DNA of 61,968 nucleotides, filler included, from Alphaproteobacteria bacterium (GTDB lineage Bacteria; Pseudomonadota; Alphaproteobacteria; Caedimonadales; UBA9215): NCBI GenBank assembly GCA_024280495.1. It is 5 parts of 5 records of this genome, joined end to end, with 100 filler letters (N's around TTAATTAATTAA, not from the genome) between each part and the next. Parts side by side here need not be neighbours in the genome. Positions count along the whole stretch, not along the records: positions 55,004 to 61,968 come from JAJRPZ010000001.1; 4 more parts are not named here. One strand, 5' to 3'. Shown piece by piece: positions 60,932 to 61,968 of this stretch (position 1 is its first letter; each line of letters starts with the position of its first letter). The notes under the pieces were generated by a model. It saw only the letters and a program-made list of their open reading frames with translations, ran no database searches and was not told where the DNA came from. The position numbers and the translations under genes were made by a program.

Positions 60932-61968
60932 ATGACCTCTATTACGCCGCGCTATATTGCTAAGGTTCTTGTCCCTCTTCCCTTTACAAAAGCCTTTGAT
61001 TACACCATCCCAGAAGCCATGAACATTAGTCCTGGAAGTATTGTTAAGGTTCCCTTTGGCAAGCGCGACTTATGGGGCGTCGTTATGAGTTTGGCGCATT
61101 CAAGTACCACACAAAAAAATAAATTAAAATCTCTTTATGAAGTTCATAAGCTTTATGAAATATCGCAAAAAAACATTAACTTTCTAAAATGGATGGCAGA
61201 ATACACCTTAATTCCCCTAGGCCAAGTTCTAAAAATGGTATTGAGCGTGCCCATAGCCCTCGACCCCCCTAAAAAAATATTAGGGTATCAAACAGGAATC
61301 ATTTCAGATGATAAAACTTTAACGGACAATCAACAACGCATTTGGGATATTTTGTTAAAAGAGAAACCCCCACTTTCATCAAAGGCCCTTCAAGAAAAAG
61401 CAAAGGTAAGCACGGCCGTTCTCAAAACGGCTCAAAAAAAAGGATTAATAAAAACCGTTTCTATTGATGCCAAAACTGTGACATCAAATCAAAAACCTAA
61501 TCCAAATTTCTCTAGCCTATCCTATTCTCCTGATCAACAAGAAGTCCTTGAGGTACTCATTCAAAAAACCAAAACAAACACTTATGAAACCATTCTTATC
61601 CATGGGGTAACGGGATCAGGTAAAACTGAAGTCTATTTCGAAGCCATTGCCGAGAATCTGCGTCAAGGGCGCCAAACCCTTATCCTTTTACCAGAAATTT
61701 CTTTGACGGCCCAATGGCTAGAGCGATTTGAAAGGCGTTTTGGATGCTGCCCCCTCACCTGGCATTCTCAAATGACACCTGCTCAACGCCGTAATGCCTG
61801 GCAAGATATTGTCACAGGAAAGGCACTAGTCGTGGTTGGGGCAAGATCTGCTTTAATGCTTCCCTACCATAATCTAGGTCTCATTATTATCGATGAAGAA
61901 CACGAAGGGTCTTATAAACAAGAGGAGTCTGGAGTATATCATGCGCGAGACATGGCCATTGCCAAGGG
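60932..61968 (+). CDS. priA: Primosomal protein N' (3' runs out of window; not in the ORF track)
   Basis: ATG 60932 starts MTSITPRYIAKVLVPLPFTKAFDY..VPFG, then LIHGVTGSGKTEVY, LLPEISLT, VGARSAL, IIIDEEHEGSYKQ. Divergent from tal, as is usual in alphaproteobacteria. Confidence 0.95.
   Translation, partial: MTSITPRYIAKVLVPLPFTKAFDYTIPEAMNISPGSIVKVPFGKRDLWGVVMSLAHSSTTQKNKLKSLYEVHKLYEISQKNINFLKWMAEYTLIPLGQVLKMVLSVPIALDPPKKILGYQTGIISDDKTLTDNQQRIWDILLKEKPPLSSKALQEKAKVSTAVLKTAQKKGLIKTVSIDAKTVTSNQKPNPNFSSLSYSPDQQEVLEVLIQKTKTNTYETILIHGVTGSGKTEVYFEAIAENLRQGRQTLILLPEISLTAQWLERFERRFGCCPLTWHSQMTPAQRRNAWQDIVTGKALVVVGARSALMLPYHNLGLIIIDEEHEGSYKQEESGVYHARDMAIAK

Overview
AT-rich alphaproteobacterial draft genome, probably a host-associated Holosporales/Rickettsiales-like lineage (inferred from gene content, not from a search). 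The window is five contigs joined by artificial 100-nt N/TTAATTAATTAA linkers (21879-21978, 26561-26660, 37834-37933, 54904-55003), so adjacency across linkers means nothing. The backbone is housekeeping: tamAB, yejBEF, dut, a sigma54-led flgI-flgJ-flgN-flgK-flgL-fliW operon, dnaKJ, a beta-oxidation cluster, dnaE, tatD, ddl-ftsQAZ, nadK, znuCB-6S RNA-znuA, lolE/lolD, an lpcC-like glycosyltransferase, rseP-bamA, fliI, sppA, tal, priA and three tRNAs, plus decayed ISL3, IS630, IS30 and ISKra4-like elements. The most interesting signal is a dispersed set of orphan genes that carry Sec-type signal peptides and look like host-directed effectors: an 893-aa protein ending in a YoeB/RelE-like RNase domain with no antitoxin, divergent from an HD-fold pseudoenzyme; a degenerate mitochondrial-carrier (SLC25-like) protein and an F-box protein on either side of fliI; an antimicrobial-peptide-precursor-like small protein; and a protein with an NLS-like basic tract. 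Also notable are FliW without CsrA, eroded FlgK/FlgL motifs, a Ddl with Asn at the Tyr216 specificity position, and a poly-A frameshift in znuC. All family calls come from motif recognition by eye; no searches were run.
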